Below are positions 10,214 through 18,939 of a DNA stretch of 40,721 bases, piece by piece; the stretch's first letter is position 1; every line of letters starts with the position of its first letter. The notes beneath the pieces are model-generated. The model ran no database searches, had not been told where the DNA came from, and saw only the letters and a program-made list of their open reading frames with translations. A program made the position numbers and the translations under genes. Source of the stretch: a virus (lineage: Duplodnaviria > Caudoviricetes); IMG/VR virus record IMGVR_UViG_3300016464_000318, positions 1-40,721 of that record. One strand, written 5' to 3'.

Positions 10214-10731
10214 TGCCAGCAGCGATTGACATATCTGGTCATAAGTTCGGGATGCTTACGGCAATCCGTAGAACTGATAAGCAAACACGCTCAAGACAAT
10301 GGATTTGGGAGTGCAAATGCGACTGTGGGAAAACTACTGAAACCCGCGCCGGAAATTTAAGATGCGGGCGCACAAAGTCGTGTGGTTGTTTGCAAAGGGC
10401 AAGCGGCGAGAAAAGCCATAATTTTAAGCATGGGTATTCAGATAAAAGCCATCCAGAATACAAACGGTATCAACGAGAAAATTATGACAAATGCCGATAC
10501 GGTTTAGAACCAGAGACAAAGGCCGCAATGATTGAGGCGCAGAATAACAAATGCGCTATTTGCGGCTACCAGTTTGGACAAAAAATAGGAGACATGCACG
10601 TTGACCATTGCCATACGACAGGCAAGGTTCGAGGGCTTCTCTGTGATTTATGCAATCGTGGGTTGGGTTATTTTTGCGATAGCCCGGATAACCTGAATAC
10701 TGCGGCGCAATATTTAACGAGGGCGCGATGA
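10213..10731 (+). CDS. Endonuclease VII-type (HNH-fold) homing endonuclease
   Basis: N-terminal GHKFGMLT...WECKCDCG...KSCGC; C-terminal QNNKCAIC...HVDHCHTTGKVRGLLCDLCNRGLG; lower GC than flanks. Confidence 0.85.
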   Translation: MPAAIDISGHKFGMLTAIRRTDKQTRSRQWIWECKCDCGKTTETRAGNLRCGRTKSCGCLQRASGEKSHNFKHGYSDKSHPEYKRYQRENYDKCRYGLEPETKAAMIEAQNNKCAICGYQFGQKIGDMHVDHCHTTGKVRGLLCDLCNRGLGYFCDSPDNLNTAAQYLTRAR

Positions 10732-11219
10732 CTTTTATTCTCGACGGTAAAATCCTCCCCCTCGACACGCCATTTGAGCATGATGGCACTAGCTATCCCG
10801 CCAACTGGCTTCGTCTCGCCACGCCGGAAGAACGTGAGGCGATTGGCATTACGGAACAGCCGGATTATCCGCGCCCGGATGATAGGTTTTTTTGGTGTAG
10901 CCAAAACCCGGATGGGACGTGGACGGCGATCCCGAAAGACCTTGCTGGCCTGAAAACCACATGGGCTGCTCAGACACGGCAGACTGCTTACACGCTGCTG
11001 CTCCCGTCTGACTGGATGATCGTCCGCAAACAAGAAACCAACGTAGACGTTCCCGCCGATTGGACGACGTATCGTGCAGCGGTTCGCACCAAGACGGCGG
11101 ACACGGTGACGGCGCTAGAAGCGGCTGCTGATATTGACGCTTTTATCGCGGTCGTCACGACGGTTGATTGGCCGGTCAGCCCGGATGCGCCGCAGATCGA
11201 ACAAGCGCCCGTCGTTTAA
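10728..11219 (+). CDS. Tail fibre assembly chaperone-like protein
   Basis: YPANWLRLATPEEREAIGI, LLLPSDWMIVR, YRAAVR...WP motifs. Confidence 0.7.
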   Translation: MTFILDGKILPLDTPFEHDGTSYPANWLRLATPEEREAIGITEQPDYPRPDDRFFWCSQNPDGTWTAIPKDLAGLKTTWAAQTRQTAYTLLLPSDWMIVRKQETNVDVPADWTTYRAAVRTKTADTVTALEAAADIDAFIAVVTTVDWPVSPDAPQIEQAPVV

Positions 11220-11229
11220 GGGATAACCA

Positions 11230-11685
11230 ATGCTCGGATTTTCCCCACTAGCAGGCGCGCCGCTCGCGTCGGCTGGTGACGCAAACACGCGCACACTAAT
11301 CCTTGCGGCTACGGACGCCCAAGATACTGTCGCCATCATCCTAGACGGTAGCGCGGCTCTGTATCTAGCAGCGACTGAGGCGCAGGACGTTGCGGCGCTT
11401 ACATCCGAGATACTCGCGTTCGCAGCTCTTGATGGCCTTGAATACCCGGACATCGCGTCATTTGTTGTCCAGAACACGAATGTCGAGCTTGTTGCGGTTG
11501 AGGCACAGGACGTTGCTGCGATTGTTGCGGCAATCAATGGCACCTTGGCGCTTGCCGCTACTGAAGCCCCGGATACCTATTCACAAAGCGCATACATTCT
11601 CTGGCTGACGCCTACGCAGCCGGACGATCCGACAATCTGGGTGCCTAAAAACGACCCTGCGCCTTACCTCACGACGGTGATCTAA
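11230..11685 (+). CDS. Virion protein with A(T/V)(D/E)AQD repeats
   Basis: MLGFSPLAGAPLAS N-terminus; about 5 short repeats of roughly 24 aa. Confidence 0.6.
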   Translation: MLGFSPLAGAPLASAGDANTRTLILAATDAQDTVAIILDGSAALYLAATEAQDVAALTSEILAFAALDGLEYPDIASFVVQNTNVELVAVEAQDVAAIVAAINGTLALAATEAPDTYSQSAYILWLTPTQPDDPTIWVPKNDPAPYLTTVI

Positions 11686-12711
11686 ATGGCAAATACCTAC
11701 ACCCCGACATACAATATTCTTAAGCCAGAGGTTGGCTCGGATACGAATGCCTGGGGAACGCATATCAACAACGATTTAGACATTGTTGATACGCACATGC
11801 TTTCTCGCGCTCTAACGACGAGCCAGACCGCAGTTGGCCCAATGGTATTCGGCCAGACATTCCGAGTTAATGGAGCGGTCACGTTTGACAGCACTCTGCT
11901 TGTTACGGGTGCGAGTAGCTTAAACTCACTGTCTACGACCGGCTCAGCATCGTTTGGCACGACTGTCTCGGTTACGGGCGCAACTACGCTGTCAGCGGTT
12001 AATATTACAGGCGCTGCCACGCTTGCCTCTAACGGGCTTAACGTAGGCTCCGGCCAGCTTAACGTCACCGGCGGCAATGTCAGCATGTCCGGCAATGTGT
12101 CTGCTGTGAACGCCTCATTTAGCGGGACGTTTGGCGCTAATGGAAACTCAACAATAGGTGGCACATTAGGCGTTACCGGCGCTGCCACGTTGTCCAGCAC
12201 TTTGGCTGTTTCTGGTGCGGCGTCGGTTAGTAATCCGGTCACGATTACCTACGCCGGTGCTGGTGCGCTCAATATTAATACGAGCGGTAATCTCAACGGC
12301 ATTCGCTTTTACAATGGCGCGTCAATTACTGGGCAGATTGGCTCTAATGCCACATACCCGTTGCTTGTCCAGAATAACTCTAGCTCTAACGTCATATACG
12401 CAGATAGCTCCGGTAACTTTACGGCGGTGGGCAATGTCACGGCCTATTCTGACATAAGCCAAAAAGCTGACATTGAGACGATCTACGGCGGCTTTGAGCT
12501 TGTGCGTCGTATGCGTGGCGTCCGCTATACCCGTGTCGGGACTATGGAGCGCGGGGTCGGTGTAATCGCCCAAGAGGTTCAGAAGGTTGTGCCGGAGGTT
12601 GTCCATGACAACAACGGTATCCTATCCGTTGCCTACGGCAATCTTGTAGGCGTCCTAATCGAAGCCATTAAAGACCTTGAGCAGCGCATTCGTGTTCTGG
12701 AGAGCAAATAA
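11686..12711 (+). CDS. Tail fibre/spike with C-terminal intramolecular chaperone (peptidase S74-like)
   Basis: N-terminal KPEVGSDTNAWG; GNVTAYSD...GVIAQEVQKVVPEVV...VAYGNLVGVLIEAIKDL. Confidence 0.85.
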   Translation: MANTYTPTYNILKPEVGSDTNAWGTHINNDLDIVDTHMLSRALTTSQTAVGPMVFGQTFRVNGAVTFDSTLLVTGASSLNSLSTTGSASFGTTVSVTGATTLSAVNITGAATLASNGLNVGSGQLNVTGGNVSMSGNVSAVNASFSGTFGANGNSTIGGTLGVTGAATLSSTLAVSGAASVSNPVTITYAGAGALNINTSGNLNGIRFYNGASITGQIGSNATYPLLVQNNSSSNVIYADSSGNFTAVGNVTAYSDISQKADIETIYGGFELVRRMRGVRYTRVGTMERGVGVIAQEVQKVVPEVVHDNNGILSVAYGNLVGVLIEAIKDLEQRIRVLESK

Positions 12712-13388
12712 TGGCTGTCCCTGCCAGCGGGCCTATATCCATCACAGACCTAAAAGCCGCGTTTCCGGCTATCAATAGCAACAGTCTTGCCGCATATCGT
12801 GGAGCGAAATGGTATCGCTCTAACAACTCTCGCGGCTTCTTTGGAAACCCGACAATCTCAATGTCGGAGAGCTATGACGCTAGGCCAAACAGCCCAGTAA
12901 CTCCAGGTTCGGTTACATATTACGGCTCAATTAGCTTCACAATCCCGCTGTTCAACACGCTGTCGATCACATGTAAAGGCGGCGACGGCGGGCAAGCTGG
13001 CGCTTATGGTTATTGGGTTAAAAATGGAAGTATTACTGCCGTGTCAGGATCAAGCAGTGGTGGTGCGGGAGGCACATCATATTTTGGCAGCTATTTAAGC
13101 GCCGGAGGCGGCGCAGGCGGTGGCGGTAATAGCGGTGGCGGTTCGCCAGGCGCAACGACAAGCACAAGCCTCACGATTACCGACAGCAACCAAACAAATG
13201 TCTCCATACAAGGAACGACAATTACTATCGGAGTAGGTGGTGGCGGTGGCGGTGGTCAGGGCGGTATGAATTATGCGTATAGAGATTTTCCATATCCTTA
13301 TGACTATCTTGATGGTTATTACGAAGACGGTAGGGCCGCAACCGGAGCATCAGGCGCAGGCGGATATGTCTCCGTATCTTGGAGCTAA
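12711..13388 (+). CDS. Glycine-rich tail-associated protein
   Basis: MAVPASGPISITDL N-terminus typical of genes after S74 fibres; poly-Gly tracts. Confidence 0.65.
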   Translation: MAVPASGPISITDLKAAFPAINSNSLAAYRGAKWYRSNNSRGFFGNPTISMSESYDARPNSPVTPGSVTYYGSISFTIPLFNTLSITCKGGDGGQAGAYGYWVKNGSITAVSGSSSGGAGGTSYFGSYLSAGGGAGGGGNSGGGSPGATTSTSLTITDSNQTNVSIQGTTITIGVGGGGGGGQGGMNYAYRDFPYPYDYLDGYYEDGRAATGASGAGGYVSVSWS

Positions 13389-13390
13389 TA

Positions 13391-13744
13391 ATGATTGAAC
13401 AGCTTGTCTCCCGCGTCTTCGCTACACGCAATGCAGCTCATTTAGCTCACTGGGCCACTAGCTCCTATGCAGAGCATGTCGCTCTAGGTGAGTTTTATGA
13501 CGGCGTCATTGACGGCATCGATGCGCTTATTGAAGCTCACCAAGGCGCTTTTGGTCTGATTGGCAAGGTCGACGTCGTGCCTGTCAGTAGCAAGAACATG
13601 GATGACCATTTAGCCGAGGAGGCTAAGTGGATTGAGCAGAACGCCGATAAAATAACCGGCGGTATTCGCGCTTTGCAAAACCTGCTTGACGCTATCACAG
13701 ACTTATATCTCACGACGCACTACAAGCTGACCAAGCTGTCGTAA
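13391..13744 (+). CDS. Dps/ferritin-like small protein (DUF5856-like)
   Basis: GGAG RBS; HLAHW..SSYAEHVALGEFYD...D.LIE..QG and terminal YKL..L pattern. Confidence 0.7.
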   Translation: MIEQLVSRVFATRNAAHLAHWATSSYAEHVALGEFYDGVIDGIDALIEAHQGAFGLIGKVDVVPVSSKNMDDHLAEEAKWIEQNADKITGGIRALQNLLDAITDLYLTTHYKLTKLS

Positions 13745-13754
13745 GGATCAAGCC

Positions 13755-15575
13755 TTGACATTTGTTCCGATCAAACTGCAGCCGGGTGTTATCCGCCAGG
13801 CCACGCCTTATGACGCGCCTAATACTTGGTGGGAGACGTCAAATGTGCGCTGGCTGTCCGGGGCCATTATGCCAATTGGCGGTAATACTCGTATTACCTC
13901 CGAGCCTCTCCCGTCAAAGGTGCGCGCTCTGTTTCAGTGGCGTGATAGTGCAGCCAGGCAATGGACGGCTATAGGTCACGAAGACGGTGTATCCGTGTTG
14001 TTTGGCTCGCTAACAGACGTAACACCGGCTAGCTTTGTGTCTATGAACGCTGTCAGCGGCGGCGGCTGGGGATCGTTAAACTGGGGAACCGATGTCGCTC
14101 CAATCTCTGATACGGCTGGAACGACAGTCGCATCTCAGGCGACAGTCACGATTACCATTGCAAGCCCTGCTGTGATCACATGGGCTAATCATGGTCTTAC
14201 AGAAGACGACGTCGTTAATTTCACGACTACTGGCGCGCTACCGACAGGAATTACGTCTGGCACCGATTACTACGTTCTGCCGGTCAATGCCAATGAGTTT
14301 CAAATATGCATAGCCTCTGGGGGCAAAGGTGGGACTGCTGTAAATACCTCTGGCACACAGTCAGGTATTCACACCGGCAAATGGATTGTCGGCCAAGATA
14401 ATTATGGCCGCCAACGTTCAACTAACCCGCCAATCTTCCGTAAGCCTGACCACTGGTCATTTGCTTCCTTTGGTCAAGACCTTCTGGCTGTCTGCACATC
14501 AGATGGCCGTCTGCTACATCTTGCTCCGACGACAGGTGTAGTGCCGGATATGGACATCCCGTCGAATGCCCCGACAGGTAATACGGCAGTTGCTGTGACT
14601 GCTGAGCGTGCTGTCGTTCTTATGGGTGCTGGTGGCAATCCCCGACGTGTGGCGTGGTCTGATCTTGAGGATTACAACGGGTGGACGTTCAACGTCTCGA
14701 CAGGGCAGGCGGGTTATATTGATATTGAAGCCTCGTCGCCGATTATCACTGGCGTCCGCGTCAAAGAAGGCATTCTAATCCTCACGCAGCATGAGTGCTT
14801 CCTGATGCGCTACGTTGGCGCTCCGTATTTTTATGGCGTTGAAAAGCTAGGCTCCACGACTTTCTCATCTCCGAATGCCATTGCCTCTGGCGGCCCATAT
14901 ACGGTGTGGTTTGGCGAGGAAGGCTTCTGGGTGTATTCCGGCGGCGCTATTCGCCTTCTTGATTGTCCGGTCTGGAATGACATTAAGCAAAACTACGACC
15001 CGCTCTATGGTAATTATCGTTCGCACATGCACGAGAACGGCGCATACCCAGAGTTCTGGTTTGATTACCCAGACACAAGCTCGCCCGACAACGAGTGCAA
15101 TAACTACGTAATCTGGAACTATGCCGAAAATATCTGGATGAAAGGGCAGCGAGCCGTAACTGCATCGATTGGCGCTATTACGGCCAGCTACCCGATTGGC
15201 GCAAAGACTGACGATAACGTCTACCAATTCGAAGATGGCTTCCTTGATAATGGTGCATCACGGGTTGGCAACGTCTGGGCTGAAACGGCTGTCTTAGACA
15301 TCGGCCAAGGCGACAATTACCTGGAGGTCAACCAGGCGCTTGTCTCTTCAGATCCAGACAGCGACGTCACTAACTATCAGATCAAGTTCATGTCCCGCTA
15401 TGCGCCGAACCAGAACGAGACCACGTTCGGGCCGTATGTCCCTCGGTCTGATGGCTACACCGACACGCGGGTATCTGGTCGCGATCTGCGCCTGCGCATT
15501 GAGGCGACAAACGATGATTATTGGAGCCTTGGCGTGATGCGTCTGGACATTCACAGAGGTGGAGGTCGCCGTTGA
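13755..15575 (+). CDS. Tail nozzle / head-stabilisation protein (P22 gp10-like)
   Basis: TTG start after an AGGA RBS; WSFASFGQDLLA, RRVAWSDLEDYNGW, MRYVGAPYFYG motifs; precedes the ejection genes. Confidence 0.75.
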   Translation: MTFVPIKLQPGVIRQATPYDAPNTWWETSNVRWLSGAIMPIGGNTRITSEPLPSKVRALFQWRDSAARQWTAIGHEDGVSVLFGSLTDVTPASFVSMNAVSGGGWGSLNWGTDVAPISDTAGTTVASQATVTITIASPAVITWANHGLTEDDVVNFTTTGALPTGITSGTDYYVLPVNANEFQICIASGGKGGTAVNTSGTQSGIHTGKWIVGQDNYGRQRSTNPPIFRKPDHWSFASFGQDLLAVCTSDGRLLHLAPTTGVVPDMDIPSNAPTGNTAVAVTAERAVVLMGAGGNPRRVAWSDLEDYNGWTFNVSTGQAGYIDIEASSPIITGVRVKEGILILTQHECFLMRYVGAPYFYGVEKLGSTTFSSPNAIASGGPYTVWFGEEGFWVYSGGAIRLLDCPVWNDIKQNYDPLYGNYRSHMHENGAYPEFWFDYPDTSSPDNECNNYVIWNYAENIWMKGQRAVTASIGAITASYPIGAKTDDNVYQFEDGFLDNGASRVGNVWAETAVLDIGQGDNYLEVNQALVSSDPDSDVTNYQIKFMSRYAPNQNETTFGPYVPRSDGYTDTRVSGRDLRLRIEATNDDYWSLGVMRLDIHRGGGRR

Positions 15576-15823
15576 CGACACCGACAAAGCCGACGCCGCT
15601 CCCGTCTTTTGGCGTCGTCCCGAGACAGTATGACGCCGGTTATTTTACCTCCTTCATGTCGATCCTGGCGCGTCGCCTTTCGACGCTTGCAGGGCCAAAC
15701 ACAGTCCAGCAGCAGATCCTACTGCAGGCTCCGAACGGGACTGTCTATGAGGTGACGGTCGATAATTCTGGCGTCCTGCACCAGGCTGTAGCAACTCGCG
15801 GCACGATCCAGCCGCCGATCTAA
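15572..15823 (+). CDS. Small tail-associated protein
   Basis: TTG overlapping the nozzle TGA; ILLQAPNGTVYEVTVDNSGVL motif. Confidence 0.6.
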   Translation: MTTPTKPTPLPSFGVVPRQYDAGYFTSFMSILARRLSTLAGPNTVQQQILLQAPNGTVYEVTVDNSGVLHQAVATRGTIQPPI

Positions 15824-15854
15824 TAAAACAATCAGCCAGTATAAGGTGGATAAA

Positions 15855-16877
15855 ATGGCTAACGAATGGATGTATATGCTGCCGGCGCTGCAGTCGAGCA
15901 ACAGCAACACAAGCACGACGCAGAAGACGTCAATCCCGCAATGGCTGACTGATGCTTCGCAGTATGGCGTCAACAACGCCAAGAACATTTTGTCTGCCGG
16001 AACCCCGCAATATAATGGGGCGCTGTCGGCTGGTCTGACGGGTGATCAGCAAAACGCCGGTCAGATGATACGCGGCAGCATGGGTCTCGCTCAGCCTTAT
16101 TATGATCAGGCCCAGGGCGCGATTGGCAGCTCCATGCAGGCGATCAACCCATCGACGCTGGCGCAGGGTCTGTCTGGCATCGGCCAGTATATGAACCCCT
16201 ACATCTCCAACGTCGTCGACAGCCTGAAGGCTCAGAGCGCGCAGAACCTTGATCAATCGCTGTCGCAGACGGCTGACCAGGCGATCGCCGCAAAAGCCTT
16301 TGGCGGATCCCGACACGGTGTGCAGGAAGGCGTCGCGACGGCGAACAATAATCTTGGTCTAAACAACCAGATCGCAAGCCTGCTGTCGGGTGGCTACAAC
16401 AACGCGCTGACGCAGCTCGGCAGCGATGTGAATACACAGAACGCTGCCGCTCAGCAAAATCGATCCAATGCTCTTGCTGGCGGTCAGGCAATGGCTGGCC
16501 TCGGAACAACGGCCCGCTCATCCAACAGCGCTGACATAAACAACCTGCTCACATACGGCGCTCTTGATCAGCAAAACCAGCAAAGCGCACTTGATCGCAA
16601 TTACAACCTTTGGAATTTCCAGTCGCAATATCCGCTGCAGGCGCAGCAAATGTATAACCAGACGCTATCCTCGGCCCCGCATGACACCTCGTCGTCAGGC
16701 ACCTCAAGCGGCAGCACGACATCGATCGGTTGGGCGCCGCAGCAGCAGACGTCTAGCAGCCCGCTGATGCAGGGTCTGGGCGGTCTGATGGGTCTCGGCT
16801 CTCTCTTCGCCTCTCCCGCCGGCGGCGTTAGCGCCATCACCGGCATGGGCAATGCTTTCCGGGGGCTGCTGCAATGA
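15855..16877 (+). CDS. Putative DNA ejection (internal virion) protein 1
   Basis: Gln/Asn/Ser/Gly-rich; YMNPY and AFGGSR motifs; ends RGLLQ. Confidence 0.75.
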   Translation: MANEWMYMLPALQSSNSNTSTTQKTSIPQWLTDASQYGVNNAKNILSAGTPQYNGALSAGLTGDQQNAGQMIRGSMGLAQPYYDQAQGAIGSSMQAINPSTLAQGLSGIGQYMNPYISNVVDSLKAQSAQNLDQSLSQTADQAIAAKAFGGSRHGVQEGVATANNNLGLNNQIASLLSGGYNNALTQLGSDVNTQNAAAQQNRSNALAGGQAMAGLGTTARSSNSADINNLLTYGALDQQNQQSALDRNYNLWNFQSQYPLQAQQMYNQTLSSAPHDTSSSGTSSGSTTSIGWAPQQQTSSSPLMQGLGGLMGLGSLFASPAGGVSAITGMGNAFRGLLQ

Positions 16878-17512
16878 CGCCGCAAGAGATCGCTTATCTC
16901 CGCTCAAAAGCCGGGCAGGCCGGGTACAACGCTGACGACCTTCTCAAGGTCATCAATTACGAAAGCTCTGGGCGTCCCGGCGCCTGGGGAGGCAAGGATG
17001 ACAAATATTTCGGTCTGATCCAGTTCGGCCCCGCCGAGCGCAAACAGTTCGGCGTTGACACGGCTCATCCGAATGCCCCGAACCAGATCGACGCCGCGAT
17101 CAAGTTCCTCGCGGCTCGCGGGTTCAAGCCTGGCATGGGCCTGCAGGATATGTATTCGACGGTGCTTGCCGGATCTCCTGGTCACTACAATCGATCGGAT
17201 GGAGCTGGCACGGTCGCGCAGCATGTCGCAAAGATGTCGGGTGGATATCCGCTTGCTTACAGCTCTAGCGCGAAGGCTGCGCCGACGAACATCGGAGAGC
17301 TGATCGGATTGCTGGAGGCTGATCGATTGGCCCCGGCGCCAGAGCCTGTTCCAATGCCCACTACGCCGACCGGCCTGGTCGGTATTCGCAAAGCCGCTAT
17401 GGGCCTCGCAGACGAGAGCCAGGACGAGCAGGACGATCTCCAGCAGCAGGCGATGCTCGATTTCCACAGATTGAACCACGCCAAGGCTATGGGCCTGCTG
17501 GGAGGTGAATAA
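16874..17512 (+). CDS. Virion lytic transglycosylase-like ejection protein
   Basis: VINYESSG...YFGLIQF...DMYSTVL lysozyme-like motifs; ends GLLGGE. Confidence 0.75.
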   Translation: MTPQEIAYLRSKAGQAGYNADDLLKVINYESSGRPGAWGGKDDKYFGLIQFGPAERKQFGVDTAHPNAPNQIDAAIKFLAARGFKPGMGLQDMYSTVLAGSPGHYNRSDGAGTVAQHVAKMSGGYPLAYSSSAKAAPTNIGELIGLLEADRLAPAPEPVPMPTTPTGLVGIRKAAMGLADESQDEQDDLQQQAMLDFHRLNHAKAMGLLGGE

Positions 17513-18939
17513 TGTCGCTGCCGCTTGAAGATTTTTTCCGTCGTCTCACCGGCCAGCCGATGCAGCTTCCTGGCGCGCCGCAGCCTGCCGGCCAGCCTGT
17601 GGCGGCTCCTTCTCCGTCTGTCGCCGCCGTCGCCGCTCCGACGCTGCAGCAGACCCAGCAGCAGGATTTCAACAACGCGGCTCTGCAGCGGATGGGCCAG
17701 CTCGGGATGATGTTGGTCGCCGCCGGTCAGCGGATGACGCCGAAAGAGCGCGCGACAATTCTGGCGCAGGCTCCGCAGTATATGAGCGGCATCCAGGGCG
17801 ACATGCAGACGGCGGCGCAGGCGCGTCTGATGAACACGCGCGCTCAGCAGGAGCAGAGCGAGCAGGATCGCCAAGCGGCGCTTGTGGAGCGCCTCAAGGA
17901 TCCGAAATTCGCGCAGAGCGTCGGCATCTCTCCTGAGATACTTTCAACGCTCGGCCCGCAGGGGGTAATCGACGCCCTGAAGGCTCGCGCGGCAAGAGAT
18001 CCGATTGATGAGGCTTACAAGCTCGCTCAGATCAATAGTCTCAGCAAGCCTAAATGGCAGATCACTGGCACGGACGAGTTCGGCAAAACTAAATATGACC
18101 TGGTCGGCCCCAACGGTGAGATTATGACGCCGGCGGGATCTCGCGGCCCCGGCGGCGGTCAGAACATCCTAGACCAGGTTGGCGATCTCACGGGTCAGGC
18201 AGCTCTCGACAAGCTCCGGCAGATCAGCCCCGCGATCGCATCCGAGGTCGCCGGCATCGCCACTTCGCAGCAGCCTTTCCCGTCGAAGAAAATGGGAACG
18301 CCAGAGGGCGCGCTGCTCAACGCGCTTGTCTCTCAGGTCGCCGGCCCTGAGTTCAACGCGATGGATTACGGCGCTAGGAAAGCGGCGTATGAGGCGCAGT
18401 CTTTGAATACGCCGAACTCCGCAGGCGGCATTCGCAAAAATGCTGAGACCGCTCTGCGCCATTTCAAAAATCTTTACGACAATTCCGATCTCCTTCCCGA
18501 GAACGACTACGGCATCGCTTCTCAGCTCGCGAACAAGGGCCAGATCCTGGCGGCTGGTCGCAAGGCTCAAGGCAACGATCCCTTCACAAAAAAGCTCGGC
18601 GTCTACGGCAACACGCTGGAGATTGGCGGCGACGAAATGGCGAAGGCTCTCGGTATTAACTCTGAGGGTGGCCGCGAAGCGATCAAGGCGATGTTCGACC
18701 CCAGCCAGGGCAAGAGCGTCGTCCAGCAAAAGATCAAAAACCAGATCAAGCTGCTCGGCGAGAAATTGCGCGGCCAGCAGGAAGACTGGAACCGCGTCAT
18801 GGGGCCGGTCGCATCTAAGCGCTTGCAGATCATCCAGCCTGACGTCGCTGAGATCCTGAAGCTCGGCGAGGATCAGCAGCCGGAAGCTCCCCAGAACAAT
18901 CTCCCGCACGGCGTTCGCTCGATTAAAAGGATCAACTGA
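17512..18939 (+). CDS. Putative DNA ejection protein 2
   Basis: Helical, Gln/Ala-rich; coupled between the other ejection genes. Confidence 0.65.
   Translation: MSLPLEDFFRRLTGQPMQLPGAPQPAGQPVAAPSPSVAAVAAPTLQQTQQQDFNNAALQRMGQLGMMLVAAGQRMTPKERATILAQAPQYMSGIQGDMQTAAQARLMNTRAQQEQSEQDRQAALVERLKDPKFAQSVGISPEILSTLGPQGVIDALKARAARDPIDEAYKLAQINSLSKPKWQITGTDEFGKTKYDLVGPNGEIMTPAGSRGPGGGQNILDQVGDLTGQAALDKLRQISPAIASEVAGIATSQQPFPSKKMGTPEGALLNALVSQVAGPEFNAMDYGARKAAYEAQSLNTPNSAGGIRKNAETALRHFKNLYDNSDLLPENDYGIASQLANKGQILAAGRKAQGNDPFTKKLGVYGNTLEIGGDEMAKALGINSEGGREAIKAMFDPSQGKSVVQQKIKNQIKLLGEKLRGQQEDWNRVMGPVASKRLQIIQPDVAEILKLGEDQQPEAPQNNLPHGVRSIKRIN

Noticed and set aside
10627-10644. RGLLC in the endonuclease as another GLL cargo tag
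   Set aside because: It is part of the conserved endonuclease VII VRGLLC..CN motif and is not terminal.
6243-13388. Diversity-generating retroelement or invertible fibre cassette
   Set aside because: No reverse transcriptase or serine invertase; repeat differences are synonymous, not adenine-specific.
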